Source: Heptranchias perlo
Taxonomy: Eukaryota
DNA length: 64,000 bases
NCBI RefSeq assembly: GCF_035084215.1
Contig: NC_090360.1
Coordinates: forward strand, 15,190,001 to 15,254,000
Direction: 5' to 3'
Shown here piece after piece: positions 50,585-63,680 of this stretch. Within the stretch, counting starts at the first letter, position 1. Each line of letters starts with the position of its first letter. The notes below the pieces were generated by a model that saw nothing but the letters and a program-made list of their open reading frames with translations, searched no databases and was not told the origin of the DNA. The translations under genes were made by a program, and so were the position numbers.

Positions 50585-50756
50585 CTATGAGGAGAGAACA
50601 GAAAAAAGTGTCAGATACGAGTATTGTCCATTTATTTTGTAATGTCATTTATCTTAGACTTAATTTATTTATTTCATTTTTTTTATGGGTTAGCACTTCT
50701 GTTCAAACAGCAAAATAACTTGAAGATGCTTTAAGTGTTAATACACCAATGGAACT

Positions 50757-51218
50757 TAAAAAGACTTGCATTTATATAGCGCCTTTCACAACCTCAGGAT
50801 GTCCCAAAGTACTTTACAGCCAATGAGGTAGTTTTGAAATGTAGTCACTGTTGTAATGTAGGAAACGTGGCAGTCAATTTGCGCACAGCAAGGTCCCACA
50901 AACAGCAATGAGATAATGACCAGATAATCTGTTTTTAGTGATGTTGATTGAGGAATAAATATTGGCCAGGACACCAGGGAGAACTCCCCTGCTCGTCTTC
51001 AAAATAGTGCCATGGAATCTTTTGCATCCACCTGAGAGGACAGACGGGGCCTCAATTTTAACGTCTCATCCGAGAGACGGCACCTCTGACAGTGCAGCAC
51101 TCCTTCAGCACTGCACTGAATTGTCATCCTGGATTTTGTGCACAAGTCCCTCGAGTGGGACTTGAACCCACAACCTTCTGACTCAGAGGCATGAGTGCTA
51201 CCACTGAGTCACGGCTGA
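50757..51218 (-). mobile_element. SacSINE1-like SINE (well preserved)
   Basis: Head CAGCCGTGACTCAGTGGTAGCAC..GGTTCAAGTCCC, complete body and tail. Confidence 0.9.
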
Positions 51219-51480
51219 ATGTAAAGGCACCATTGTGCTAATCTTAAGGAGTCTCTATTTATTCTAAAAAGAGATGTTTATTGTATCACATGAGCAGTGC
51301 TTTAGTATAGTATGACTTTGGACGAGATTGCCATTATATGTTCACGGGTTCATGCTCTACCTCAGGACTTATGCATATATAGTACGCTGACATCCCAGTG
51401 CAGTACTGCGGGAGTGCTGTATTGGCAGAGGTGCTATCATTCAGATGAAATTTTAAACCTAGGCCCTGCCTGCCTGTTCA

Positions 51481-51826
51481 AAATTATGGGGGGTTTTAAC
51501 AGAGGAAAGAAGGAGAAACTGTTTTCACTGGCAGGAGGATCGGTAACCAGAGAACACACATTTAAGGTAATTGGCAAAAGAACCAGTGGGGAGCTGAGTA
51601 GAAATGTTTTTATGATCTGGAATGGGTGATGGAAGCCTGAAAGGGTGGTGGAAGCAGATTCAATAGTAACTTTCAAAAGGGAATTGGATAAATACTTGAA
51701 AATGAAAAAAAATGCAGGGCTATGGGGAAAGGGCAGGGGAGTGGGGCCAATTGGATAGCTCTCTCAAGGAGCTAGCACAGGTATGATGGGCCGAATGGCC
51801 TCCTTCTGTGCTATGAGATTCTATGA
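51481..51826 (+). mobile_element. CR1 3' fragment nested in a SINE
   Basis: CR1 motifs flanked by TTCA duplication, with SINE sequence continuing on both sides. Confidence 0.82.
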
Positions 51827-54421
51827 TTCAGATGGATGTAAAAGATCCATGACACTATTTGAAGAAGAGCAGGCGAGTTCTCCCAATATCCTGGCTAATA
51901 TTTATCGCTCAACCAGGATCACTGGAACAGATTATCTGGTCGTTATATCCTGAGCATGTGAGAGGTGCTATATAAATGCAAGTTCTTTCTTATATATTAT
52001 GTCCTGAGAGCTGACCTCATGCATAGATAGTACAATGTTAGTCTGACTAAATGTAAAGCTCAGGACACCACGTCTGATCAACAGTTTCAGTTGATTCTGG
52101 AATCTGAAGGTTAATAACCGACCATTATGTCCAGAAACTGTGGTTTATTTTTGATCAATTATACCTTTCAGCAGAGTCTTTAATAAAAAATAATGAGGGG
52201 ACGATGTGGGGACAACTGGGCTAGCCGACAGTGGGCTAGCACACTGCGCTTTTACCTGTACATGGGCCCAAATCCAACTCAAGACTGTTGGAATGAAAAC
52301 CCCCTCTCTCTGCTGGCTGTTAAGAGTCTTATTCAAAATTAGTACGGTCACACTAGTGCAGGAGGGCTGCAGCAGAGACGCATTATTGGGTTAGAATAGA
52401 GTTTTGCTTCACAACTGGGAGCTTTTGATGTTGACTCTAATGGGTGAGCATTCCATTCCCCAGCATTGAAATCCTTTGCATAAAAGAGCACAAATAAACT
52501 AGCTGAAGAAACTTAACGCTACTGCAGGAGCATTTTAGTTAACGCCAATAGTCAACCAGAATAAGTAAATTCAACTGAAGTATAGTTTGGCGTCCTAAGT
52601 TATAGACACAAAAATATATATCGAAACCTTTAATTTAATTTAATTTTTTAAATCTCAAGACATTTTATTATTGAGAAACCTCACTGAATACCCAATGCTG
52701 ACAGCGCAAGATTGAAAATAGGAAAGAAAACAAAGTAAATCATGTAATAGTGATTAGATGAAGCCAACCTTGGGTTTTGTAGCCTGTAGATTGTAACGGA
52801 AAGGGAAGACTGAGCGAAATAAAGAGTTCTATGGGTTTGTGATCCAGGGAAACAATGAATTAGAGTAAGAGACAGTGCGATGAGTCTTAATTTCAACAGA
52901 GTGAGGGAGAAAGAAATGTACAGGATGCATTTGGAGCTTAGGAGAAAAGGTCGTAAGAACAAGGCCCATAATAGTATTGATGAAAGAAAGACAAAAATGG
53001 TTTTGACAGATCTATTGATGTCAAATGTTATTTCTATATTTCTATTGTAATAAAGATTTAATATAATTCATAAAAGGTACTGTAAATGTCATTTTCACTG
53101 GTCTAAGCAATAATTTTTGAAAAAGCCTTGTTAACTAGAGCTAAGGGACTTCATATTGTGACATTCCAGAAATTCAGTCCTTTTAACAATGTAATTACTG
53201 CAACAGTAAATTCAGAGATGAACAAATATGCGTGTGTTGTTCCAAAAAGATTCAGCAGCCATTGTGCAGCTCGCCCAAACAGCCAGTCTTCATTTGTGAC
53301 TCTGGGAATGTGCACTTTACATTAAATGAACCATGTGTTGTGCTGCGGAGGTTGTACTGCAATATCCCGGGATCGATCCCTTGTCTGGAATAAGTCAATT
53401 GGAGAGGCAGTAGGGGCACTACAACTGTCTCCGAGCTGGAGAATTGAAAAATCAGCCCCAAGATTGCTGCTGTAGGTAAAAGTGCATTTGAAGAAAGAAA
53501 GACTCGCACTTATATAACGTATTTCATGACCTCAGGGCGTCTCAATGCGCCTTTCAGCCAATGGAGTAATTTTTTAAGTGTAGTCACTGTTGTAATGTAG
53601 AAAACAACTTGTGTTAACAAGATCGGGCTTTGCTGTGACACTCTTGTGGTTGAATATCCTGCTGTCACTGCTGTCCAGGCATAAGGAGTGGCCACATGAT
53701 CGAAACACTGGACAGCTGCCAGTACCCATGGAAACAGAACCCAGCGTGAGTGGCTGCTTTGCGAAGATGAAAGCAAGAAGGAGAAAGCAGAGGGAAAAAA
53801 AAGTAACATCCCAATCATACCATGGTTTTGGCACAGATGAGCTGGGTGTTTTGTATTGAACAAGTGCCAATCATAAAGTATAACTGGAAGCAGTAATGAA
53901 AACACCTGAAAAGGGTGATCATGCACAACTAACGTTGCACAATGATTGTAGTACTGTATAAATTTCAAAAGGGTGGGTTGCTGTCCTGCCTTTAATTTCT
54001 AATGATAGATGTCTCTGCCAATCTTACCATTAATAGAAATTCCACTAGCGGTCAGAGGAGCAGAGCTCTCTGCAACCAACTAATATCGCTTTTTCACGAC
54101 ATAAATCCGTCAGAAGTAGGCCTGTGTGTCTTTCTTCCTGCTGCCGCTCCTAACCAAGCCAGGAGACCCCCGATTCCCATAGCTAGTCGGGAGGGAATCC
54201 CCACTCTTGGTTTTAATTGAAAGCCTCACAGCAGCTCATGAGACCCTTGGAAATGTGGCCTCTCCGGTGCTGTCAGATTTTCGGAGGGCTGGTCCTTTAT
54301 ATTGCAGGAGACTGCTGACTCCAGGAAAACCAAGTGTCTGATAGAAACGGCACACCATCAATGTGAAACCTCATTTATTGGGGGTTTAAAAATTATTTTT
54401 AAAAATAAAAATTTTAAAATT

Positions 54422-54780
54422 AAAAATCATGAAGGGTTTTGATAGAGTAAATAAGGAGAACCTGTCTCCACTGGCAGGAGGCTCGGTAACCAGAGGACCA
54501 CAGATTTAAGGTAATTGGCAAAAGAACCAGAAGGGAGATGAGGAGAATTTTTTTTTACGACACAAGTTGTTATGATCTGGAATGCACTGCCTGAAAGGGT
54601 GGTGGAATCAGATTCAATAGAAACTTTCAAAAGGGAATCGGATAAATACTTGAAGGTGAAAAATTTGCAAGGCTATGGGGAACGGACGGGGCAGTGGGAC
54701 TAATTGGATAGTTCTTTCAACGAGCTGGCACAAGCACGATGGACTGAATGGCCTCCTTCTGTGCTGTATCATTCTGCATG
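54422..54780 (+). mobile_element. CR1 3' fragment
   Basis: KIMKGFDRV..IWNALPERVVE..FKR..DKYL and GAATGGCCTCCTTCTGTGCTG tail. Confidence 0.85.
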
Positions 54781-55389
54781 TGGAGCTGTTGTCTTCCCCC
54801 ACTCAACACATAAGCCACCCCTGATATTGTGCGATAAAACGTAGCATACAAATGTGTAGAAAATGAGCCAGAACACAAAAATAAATTCATCCTGAAAAAA
54901 AATCCTACCTCAGAACATTAAACTATATCAGATGTGTAAGTGGGTCAGCCAGCACAGACCAATTGGCTGGTGCTTCTGAGTGATTTATAATTACAATAAT
55001 AAGACAAATTAGGACTAGCTTATAGCACATAAGTATGACATTTCTACAGGCCAAGCTGGTAGTTAGTAAATAATGAGACATTAAATTGATCCATTTAGAC
55101 GAACAATTAACAGATTAGCATTTGCAAAGGTGAGAGTGGAGGTTATTAATCACCACTTAAATCTGCATTATGCTCATAGACAAGGCTAGGCCCATTTAAC
55201 CCTCCCGCTGCCAGCAACTCCAGGGAATTCTATGTTCCCTGGTCCAACCAACACTCCTTTCAGTTTTCACACTGTGACAATGAAAAATCCCTGGTTACCG
55301 TGATAATGTTGCTTAGTTGGCGGGAGAAGCTGTATTGCTGCATTATTATTGTGAAAATACACACTTTAAACATTTCTAAACAAATTTAT

Positions 55390-56900
55390 ATGGAATGTAC
55401 AGCACAGAAACAGGCCATTCGGCCCAAATGGTCCATGCTGGTGTTTGTGCTCCACACGAGTCTCCTTCTCCCCCTCTTCATCTAACCATATCAGCATACC
55501 TTTCTCTGCCTTTCTCTCTCATGTGTTTATCTAGCTTCCCCTTAAATGCATCTATGCTATTCACCTCAACTACTCCTGGTGGCAGTGAGTTCCACATCCC
55601 ACAATATATTTCTTTTTAAAAAATGTATTTCTACAACCTGTCCTTTTGCCCCATTTCTTCTTCTTTACCATTTCTCCTACTTTTTACAATTGCACCTTGA
55701 ATTTGACATTATTCCTAAACAAGATCCCATACGACAGTCTGATCTTTGTTTTGAGCTCTTCCCGTCTGCTCCTTGCAACAATCACACATCCGGCCTAGTT
55801 TATTTAATGAGCTCTGGGAGATGAAAGACCAAATGTAAACATCCAGGGAGCAAAAAATACGATTCAAATTTCTCCTGTTGATCTGAAAGTAATTATGAGA
55901 GTACAATTATCACATTCTCCATTGTTCATTTCACAGATGTCACCCCTATGCTCTCATCCAGACTGGTTCTGTTAATTCTATAGAATTTACAGCACAGAAA
56001 CAGGCCATTTGGCCCAACTGGTCTGTGCTGGTGTTTATGCTCCACACGAGGCTCCTCCCACCCTACTTCATCTCACCCTATCTGGTTTTGATGATCTGCG
56101 TCTCCTCATGCACTTATAACCTTCAATCCATTTTGATGATCTGCGTCTCCTCGTGCAGTTATAACCTTCAATCCATTTTGATGATCTGCGTCTCCTCGTG
56201 CAGTTATAACCTTCAATCCATTTTGATGATCTGCGTCTCCTTGTGCAGTTATAACCGTCAATCCATTTCATAGCTAGATGTGCATCCAGCCCCTTTTTAA
56301 AGCAGCTAATTGAGATAGCAGTATCTACTTTCTGATGAAGTCAGAATTGAGGGTCCACAATGGCACTAACTGCTAGACCAGTCCCGTTTAAATATAGGCC
56401 GGGTTTTCTCTTGCTGCGGTAGTCCAATGCACAGGTGAAACTTTCAGAAGAGTTACTCTCAATGTATGGAAAATCGTGAGCTGGGAGACCACAATCTTGG
56501 TACCTGCGCTCTCTGTACTCGCCAAGCTGCACCTTCAACTTTTAGCCATAAGTTACATGTGCCTCACCGAGAATCTTTTAATTTGGAACATTAACACACA
56601 GAGCTTCCTGACATCACTCCTGAACGGCTAAACTCTAATTTTAAGGTTATGCCCCCTTGTTCTAGACTCCCCCGCCAGAGGAAATAGTATCTCTTCATCT
56701 ATCCTATCAACTCCTTTGGTCATCTTAAACACCTCAATTAGATCACCCTTGAATCTTCTATACTCAAGGGAATAGAAGCCTAGTCTATGCTTCCTGTCTT
56801 CATAATTTAACCTTTTTAGCCCCGGTATCATTCTGGTGAATCTGTGCTGCACCCCCTCCGAGGCCAATATATCCAGACTGAGGTGCGGTGCCCAAAACTC
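55390..56900 (-). mobile_element. Three CR1 fragments (~55390-55600, 55975-56083, 56600-56900)
   Basis: Two 3' tails and one ORF2 piece (EFWAPHL..RFTRMIPG..GDLIEVFK..RTRGHNLKI). Confidence 0.8.
56086..56268. repeat. 45-bp tandem repeat x4 (TTTTGATGATCTGCGTCTCCTCGTGCAGTTATAACCTTCAATCCA)
   Basis: Directly visible; abuts a CR1 fragment. Confidence 0.93.
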
Positions 56901-57016
56901 TACCTTCTTAGTACCAGAACTGTCGAGGCCAGGCAAACTTGAGAAGAGTAACATTTAATAAAGGGAACAAAAAAGGCCCAGCGCTGAAGTCAGACAGCCG
57001 GCTAACAAGTACTTAC

Positions 57017-57108
57017 CATGCGATGCAGTCGGACAAATTCTCGAGCGTCTCCTTTAGCCCAAGGAGGAAGCACCACATCTCCTAAGGTGGTCCCATCCTG
57101 CATGGAAC
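57017..57108 (-). CDS. WDFY4: WDFY4-like exon (BEACH): (G)SMQDGTTLGDVVLPPWAKGDAREFVRLHRM
   Basis: Not in ORF track; read manually. tttgcAG / ATG|gtaagt, 92 nt, phase 1-0; canonical BEACH DVxLPPWA motif. Confidence 0.93.
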
Positions 57109-58444
57109 CTGCAAATACGTTGGGCACATAGTTGAAGGACTAAATCTTCACTTACTTCTGCTATCTTACTGTAACTATTCCTATATAGCAAGCAGCAACA
57201 GTTCTTGCCTGAATTCAAATGAGACACTTTTTATGTTAGAAGAGCATAGCTGACATCAAGCGGATAGTTGGTTATCTCACTGTGGGCTGTAAATATGAAC
57301 CATCCAACCTTCCTTGATACAACAGCAACCTTTTTGTGGGTCATCAGATGCACTAAGCTCCACTTCTGGTCCAGTAAAAGGCAAGAATACTATTTGGGTT
57401 TAATTTTACAATTTACTACGGAGCTGTTATAAGGTAAGTCCCTCAAGTTGGCGCTTCTGTAGCAGAGCTTTGCATGATGGGAGTTCGGCTGCAGAGGTCA
57501 GTGGGTCTGATTGGTGGCCCCTGTGATTTTCTGTCCACTAAAATTAACCGTTGGACCTCAAATTGGGCTCGCAAACCTTGGCACTCGAGTCCCCAGCGTG
57601 TGTCCCGTCACAGGCAGATCTACACTGGGAGTGCTAACTCGTAAAATGGGCCCATGATACAAAGCAGTGACATCAAAGAGTAGCTGAACACCATCAAAAA
57701 CTGGCTGAGATACGCCTGGTCAATATTTTAAAATCTCATATAACGTGAAAGTGACTGTGATAAATATATCGAAAATAATAAAATTCTGACCTTTGGCCCA
57801 ATTTTTTCTACTAAATTTTTCATAGCTGCTCTCTTGGAACAATTAATTATAATTGCTGGAACATCAGGCATGCTGGCCTCAGCATCGACCCTCCACATTA
57901 GGAGCCCAGCCCCACCAAACTTACCCTGCAATGTGTTAAGTGTCACGGGAGCTGAGCAAAGCTCCCAACTTGGACAATGACTTTCATTAAAAAGATATGC
58001 TTGGTGCCTGTCGATACTGAGGTGGCTTCATGCACCATATACAACTTTAATCTCCATTAGTCCTGTAACTAACAGCACTCTTCTCAATTCCATACACTGG
58101 GTTCATAACTGATTGCAGTTATTCACCTGGAACTTGAGCTCGGATCTTCAAAGGAGCTTTTAGTCCCATCTGCCACCTTCTGGTGATTCACTGCTCATTA
58201 AATACCACATGGCGTGATTTGAAGAGCTGGGAGTCTTGGCCAACATTCTTCCCTCAATCAATGCCACCAATAACAGATTAACTGGGCATTCGTCTCATGT
58301 TACTGGTGCAGAATAGTGGCCCTATTTTCCTCCATAGTCACTGCACTTTACTGAGTAATTCATTGTGCGAAGCACTTTGAGGTATTTCAATGTGATAAGG
58401 CGCTATTTGCAAGTTTCTTTTCCATTTAGGGGTGACATCTGTTT

Positions 58445-58940
58445 TAGATCAGCTGTAACACTCTTTGACTCTGAATCAGATCGTATGGGGCACAAGTCCC
58501 ACTCTTGTACTTGAATACACAGTTAACCTGAGAGAATAGTGCAGCAGTCGGGAGTGCTGCATTATCAGAGGTGCTGTTTTCAGATGAAATGCAGCGAGTT
58601 ATTATGATCTGGAATGCACATAATCTGGTGGAAGTAGATTCAATAATAACTTTTAAAAGGGAATTAGATAAATAATTGAAGGGGAGAAAATTGCAGGGCA
58701 ATGGAAAAGACCTGGGGAGTGGGACTAATTGGATAGCTCTTTCAAAGAGCCGGCACAGGCATGATGGGCTGAATGGCCTCCTTCTGTGCTATAAGATTCT
58801 ATGAAACGTTAAACCGTCTGTCTGCTCAGGAGGACAGAAAAGATCCCATTCTTGCATTACAACAGTGTCTACACTTAGAAAGTACTTCATTGCTTTGGAA
58901 CGTCCTGAGGTTGAGAAAGGCTCTATATAAATGCAAGCCT
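58445..58940 (+). mobile_element. SacSINE1-like SINE with nested CR1 tail (58590-58800)
   Basis: SINE sequence GATGAAA|CGTTAAACC is split by CR1 with ATGAAA duplicated. Confidence 0.75.
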
Positions 58941-59169
58941 TTCATCCTTTTATGGAACTCAGAGCAGGAAGCATTCACATTCATCACTCAACCAACACCA
59001 ACAAAAGCAGACCATCTGGTCATTCATCTCATTTGCTTTGTGTGCACAAGTTGGCTGCCACATTTACAATGATTGCACTCAAAATAATTCATTGGATGCG
59101 AAGCACTTTGGATTGTGCTGAGAAGGCGATACAATGCTCTCTAAATCCAGTCCTATCTTTCTTACATAC

Positions 59170-59323
59170 CAAATTCCAGACTGTTCCGATTGAGTAGGAA
59201 ATCAGGCTGGTAGAAGAAGTCAGGGATTAGCTCTCTGACATCACTCATGTTGTCTCTGGAGGACGACTCCCATTCTTTCTTGATGCTGAAAAACATCCTG
59301 TCCGCCACATCGAAACTTCCCCC
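59170..59323 (-). CDS. WDFY4: WDFY4-like exon (BEACH): GGSFDVADRMFFSIKKEWESSSRDNMSDVRELIPDFFYQPDFLLNRNSLEF(G)
   Basis: ttttcAG acceptor, G|gtatgt donor, 154 nt, phase 0-1. BEACH motifs FDxADR and DVRELIP; closer to recalled WDFY4 (GGSFDVADRMF..NMSDVREL) than WDFY3 (GGHFDLADRMF..NMADVKEL). No upstream exon found in the window. Confidence 0.93.
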
Positions 59324-59829
59324 CTGAAAACATTCAAAATTGCTTGTCATTTTTGTCTCTGTTCAATGTTCCCTTTCACCTGCACTGAAAAGTAACACTT
59401 AATTTGTCAATCTCAGCTTAAGCATTTCTGAGAATTCTTCTTCTCACTGGGAGACTGATTCTTCATCTAGGGTTTGCCAAACCTGGTTGGATGTATTCCT
59501 GAAGGTTTCATCACGTGACCTCCTGCCTCCAACTGCTCTGATCATATAGTAAAATATTTGCACTGTGATCATTCCTGACACTTTACTCCAGAGACCTAGC
59601 AGGCTTGAGATCTGACTCCATATCGACTACATCCCCTGTGTTTGTATCAGTGACCACAGAACTTTATGTGTTAATATACATTCTTACACAGATCTCAAAT
59701 CTAACTTGATCTCAGAGACTATAGACAGACTGCCAGGTAATCAGGCTCACGCTATTTGGACCTGCATCTGTTTAGTTCCTACAAGTTTAGGAGCTGGGCT
59801 TTATCTTGTGTGTTACGTACACAAGATAA

Positions 59830-60385
59830 CTGCGTACAGTTCTGGTCACCACATTACAGGAAAGATATGATTGTACTAGACAGGGTACAAAGGAGATTTA
59901 CGAGGACGTTGCCAGGCCTGGAGAATTTTAGCTATGAGAAAAGATTGGACAGGCTGGGGTTGTTTTCTTTGGAACAAAGGAGGCTGAGGGGAGATTTAAT
60001 TGAGGTATATAACATTATGAGGTATATGACATTATGAGGGGCCTAGATAGAGTGGATATGGAGGACCTATTTCCCTTAGCAGAGGGGTCAATGACTAGGG
60101 GACATAGATTTAAAGTAATTTAAATTCAGGATTAGAGGGGAGCTGAGGAGAATTTTTTTCACCCAGAGGTTGGTGGGGGTCTGGAATTCACTGCCTGAAA
60201 GGGTGATAGAGGCAGAAACCCTCAGCTCATTTAAAGAGTACTTGGATGTACACTTGAAGTGCACTACAGGGCTATGGACCATGTGCTGGAAAGTGGGATT
60301 AAGCTGGATAGCTCTTTATCAACTGGCACGGACATGGTGGGTTGAATGGCCTCCTTCTGTGCCGTAACTTTCTATGATTCTGTGA
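59830..60385 (+). mobile_element. CR1 LINE 3' fragment
   Basis: CVQFWSPHYRKD..RRLRGDLIEVY and WNSLPERVIEA; internal 17-bp duplication near 60002-60039. Confidence 0.9.
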
Positions 60386-62139
60386 TACATACATCACACC
60401 TTGGTGTGAAGGCCTGTCTTGGTCTTGGTCATCAGTGGAGTGAGTCATTACAGAGGTTTCAATTACATGATTTTTTTTTGGTCACATTGTTTTGGTTCCA
60501 CTCATTATAATTTCATACTGTTAAAAACATAGGCCCTGAAATTCCTGGGGACCAGCTCTGGCTGGGAACAGAACCTCTGCCCCCCTCCCCCAACCTCAGT
60601 CCAAAGACCGGGGAGGGGGTCATCTGCATAGCCAGGATGGACCGCTAGTGTCTGCAAGGGCGAATCAACAATGCCTGTCCCCATCTGACCTGAATCCGCC
60701 CCTCCCCATTGTACGACGAAACGCTGCCTTGCTCCTCAACCTGATTCCTCACCCCCCACACACAAGGCCCAACTCGGTCAAAAGACAATATTGTTTTATC
60801 AAACCAGTTTTTGCTGGAGCCATTCCCCTGTGGGAGAAGGTAATGAACCCCCCTCTAGGCCTGGTTACCTTATTCTAGAGATTTGAGGCCTCAAAGGGAC
60901 CAATGCCTAGATGTCAACTAGTGTGAGTTCAATGGACCATGCAAGGGGCAGAGCATTCAGGACAGGAGAGGACTCCAGCAAGGTTGGAGATTTCAGGACA
61001 GGACGGAGAAAACCGGGGGAAAAAAAACCCTGAAGATTATTTTCAAGGATCACAGAATACTGTAGCGGTGACACTCTGTTCACTGATTTCACAAGGGTGA
61101 ACAGACTGCAACTCATGGAGGGTGGAACTGTCAGTGGACTTTTACACTCAATAAATAAAATCAGTAAGGCACTATTGTACAGTTTAACAGCTATAAATCC
61201 GCAATCTGTTAAACAAAATAAAGTAATTAGACGGCAGTGCCTGTCTTGTGACCACGACTAGGTCAATATCACCAGAACTGATTACCCCTTTTCTCCTTCG
61301 TCATTAATCTTCCCAGTGCTACTAGTAAGATGTGAATATCAAATTCCCATTCTAATCTATTGCTAATACTCTACCAGGCCTTCCTTCTGTTCCTTCTTTG
61401 ACGGCTAATTGTAACTTCCCCATTCTCTTTTTATTATATTTGAGCCTCTCTCTAACACCTTCAGGCCATTTTTATTAAATTTTACTGGCTACATTCAGCT
61501 CCTCCTAAGAATATTTTTATTACATTTTATTGTCTTCTCGCAGCACCTTCAGGCGTTCTGTTTTTGGTTAATTTTTACGGTCTTCCTTTAACTCTCCGTC
61601 GCCACGGTTAAGAAATCAAACTGCAACTCAGAACTCTCACTGGTCGCGGATTTTGTCAGCTTCACAGACTTATAGCTGTCTCATTGGTAAGAACATATTG
61701 CAGCTTTAAATCCTTTATAGTACATTAGATAACAAGTCCCTGTCAAGATTATAATGCTCCCAGCTATTTATTGTATGTGGTTTAGCATCATTGATAGAAA
61801 ATAGACAGGTTAAATTAAGTTTCCTATAACTCTTTATAATCTAGTTCCTTTTGGTTTATACATTGCACTATAGTGAGAATAAATACTAAAAGAACACTTT
61901 GCATTTGATGCCACAAAGTTGCTGTATATTTTGGACAGTAATTTGCACACTGTAATACTTATTCTCTATTATAATTATTTGAAAGATACATTTCAGGTAT
62001 CATTTTTGAGGATGGTATGTTACAGAACTACAGATGTGACTTAAAAGAAATTTGGAACAGCTTGCAATTGGACCATTTTTACTTCATCTATGAATACTGG
62101 AGTTTGGCTAAATTTTACCGCTTTGGAGTCTGGTTGCCT

Positions 62140-62520
62140 TAAGAACATAAGAAATAGGAGCAGGAGTAGGCCATATGGCCCCTCGAGCCTGCTACGCCAT
62201 TCAATAAGATCATGGCTGATCTTCGACCTCAACTCCACTTTCGTGCCTGATCCCCATATTCCTTGATTCCCCTAGAGTCCAAAAATCTATCGATCTCAGT
62301 CTTGAATATACTCAACGACTCGGCATCCACAGCCCTCTGGGGTAGAGAATTCCAAAGATTCACAACCCTCTGAGTGAAGAAATTCCCCCTCATCTCAGTC
62401 TTAAATGGCCGACCCCTTATCCTACTAAGCCCCCTAGTTCTAGACTCCCCAGTCAGGGGAAACAACCTCTCAGCATCTACCCTGTCAAGCCCTCTCAGAA
62501 TCTTATATGTTTCAATGCGA
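62140..62520 (-). mobile_element. CR1 LINE 3' fragment
   Basis: IETYKILRGLDRVDAERLF..FFTQRVVNLWNSLP..FKTEIDRFL. Confidence 0.9.
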
Positions 62521-63344
62521 TGCCCTGTCTCTTTAAAACATATAACAGAATGCACAGAGGGTCAACATTTATCTTTGTGCCTATCAACGCTACTTGTTGC
62601 AATTGTCATGATGGAGGACCAACCAATGATTGGCATCTACAGCTTCCAATCGTGATGACTACGTTCAGAGCTTGTCCGGGGCCTGTTGATGCAACACACA
62701 GCACGGCAATGCCATTAAGAGCTGGCACAGGCACGATGGGCCGAATGGCCTCCTTCTGTGCTGTACCATACTATGAAATGTTCCCAGACCTTCCAACAGA
62801 CCGTTTGGGGACTTTTAAAAATTTGGTCTTGCATTAGCCTGCAGTTATACTGCAGCGGGTGTGAAACCCATGCAGTGGTGATTTCCTCCCGGAGGTACTT
62901 TCACATCTCTAGCCTCCATTGCGGTCAAACCACCAGCTGGACTTGTTAGTCATACTACCGGCTGCGCATTGATGCACAGCCCAAAAGTGGTGGTACAAGG
63001 ACCCATAAAACTGCATTATTCTAAAAAGAAAATTTGAAAAATGTTAAGGTGGAGAATCTTGTTCCTGTGCCTGGGTGTATTGGATGGCCTGGGCTCAGCA
63101 TATAAAGAAATATTGGCCAGGGAGGATTGCATGCTGGTAAGGGCACCTGCCTGAATTCCCTGTACCTGCTGTGTCCTAGCAGTTCAATATGCCTAGACAC
63201 AGGAAGAGGAATCTCAGTCCCAGTTAGAGCTGGGAGCTTCCAATCCGGTCAGAGAAGCTTTAAGTTCTCCACGGAAGTGTTAACAGGCTGGGGGGGTTCT
63301 TGGGGCAGACTCCAGGAAGAATAGAGCAACAGCAGGAGATCCAC

Positions 63345-63680
63345 TCTTCTCTCTCTCTATTGCCCTCCCTCTCTGATTTCTGTCCTAGTTCCCTCTTTCT
63401 CTAACTCCTATCTCAGTCCCTTCCTCTGATTCCTGCTGGTCTCCTCTCTGATCCCAGTTTAAGTTCTCCCTCTCTCTTTGTTTCCTGTCTCTCCCCTCTC
63501 TCACCCTAGTCTGTTTCTCTTTTTTCGTTATTGTGTGTCAACTTATTTTTTTTTCTCTGCATCTTTAAGTCTATCTGCGCATGTGTTCTTTTCTATGTCT
63601 CGTTCCCTCTTTTCTCTCACATTTCCCTTTTCTCTCACACTTCCCTTTTCTCTCACATTTCCCTTTTCTCTCTGTTTCTA
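63345..63680. repeat. Pyrimidine-rich low-complexity tract ending in a short tandem repeat (TTTCTCTCACA.TTCCC)
   Basis: Directly visible. Confidence 0.75.

Noticed and set aside
51150-51218. tRNA gene-like sequence (A/B boxes)
   Set aside because: It is the tRNA-derived head of a SINE, contiguous with the SINE body in many copies.
22281-59323. Assignment to WDFY3, NBEAL or LYST
   Set aside because: The stop directly after the last WD repeat, the short WKTE linker and diagnostic BEACH residues favour WDFY4.
60531-60891. Possible MITE (AGGCCCTGAAATT...ATTTGAGGCCT)
   Set aside because: Short TIR match and no clear TSD.
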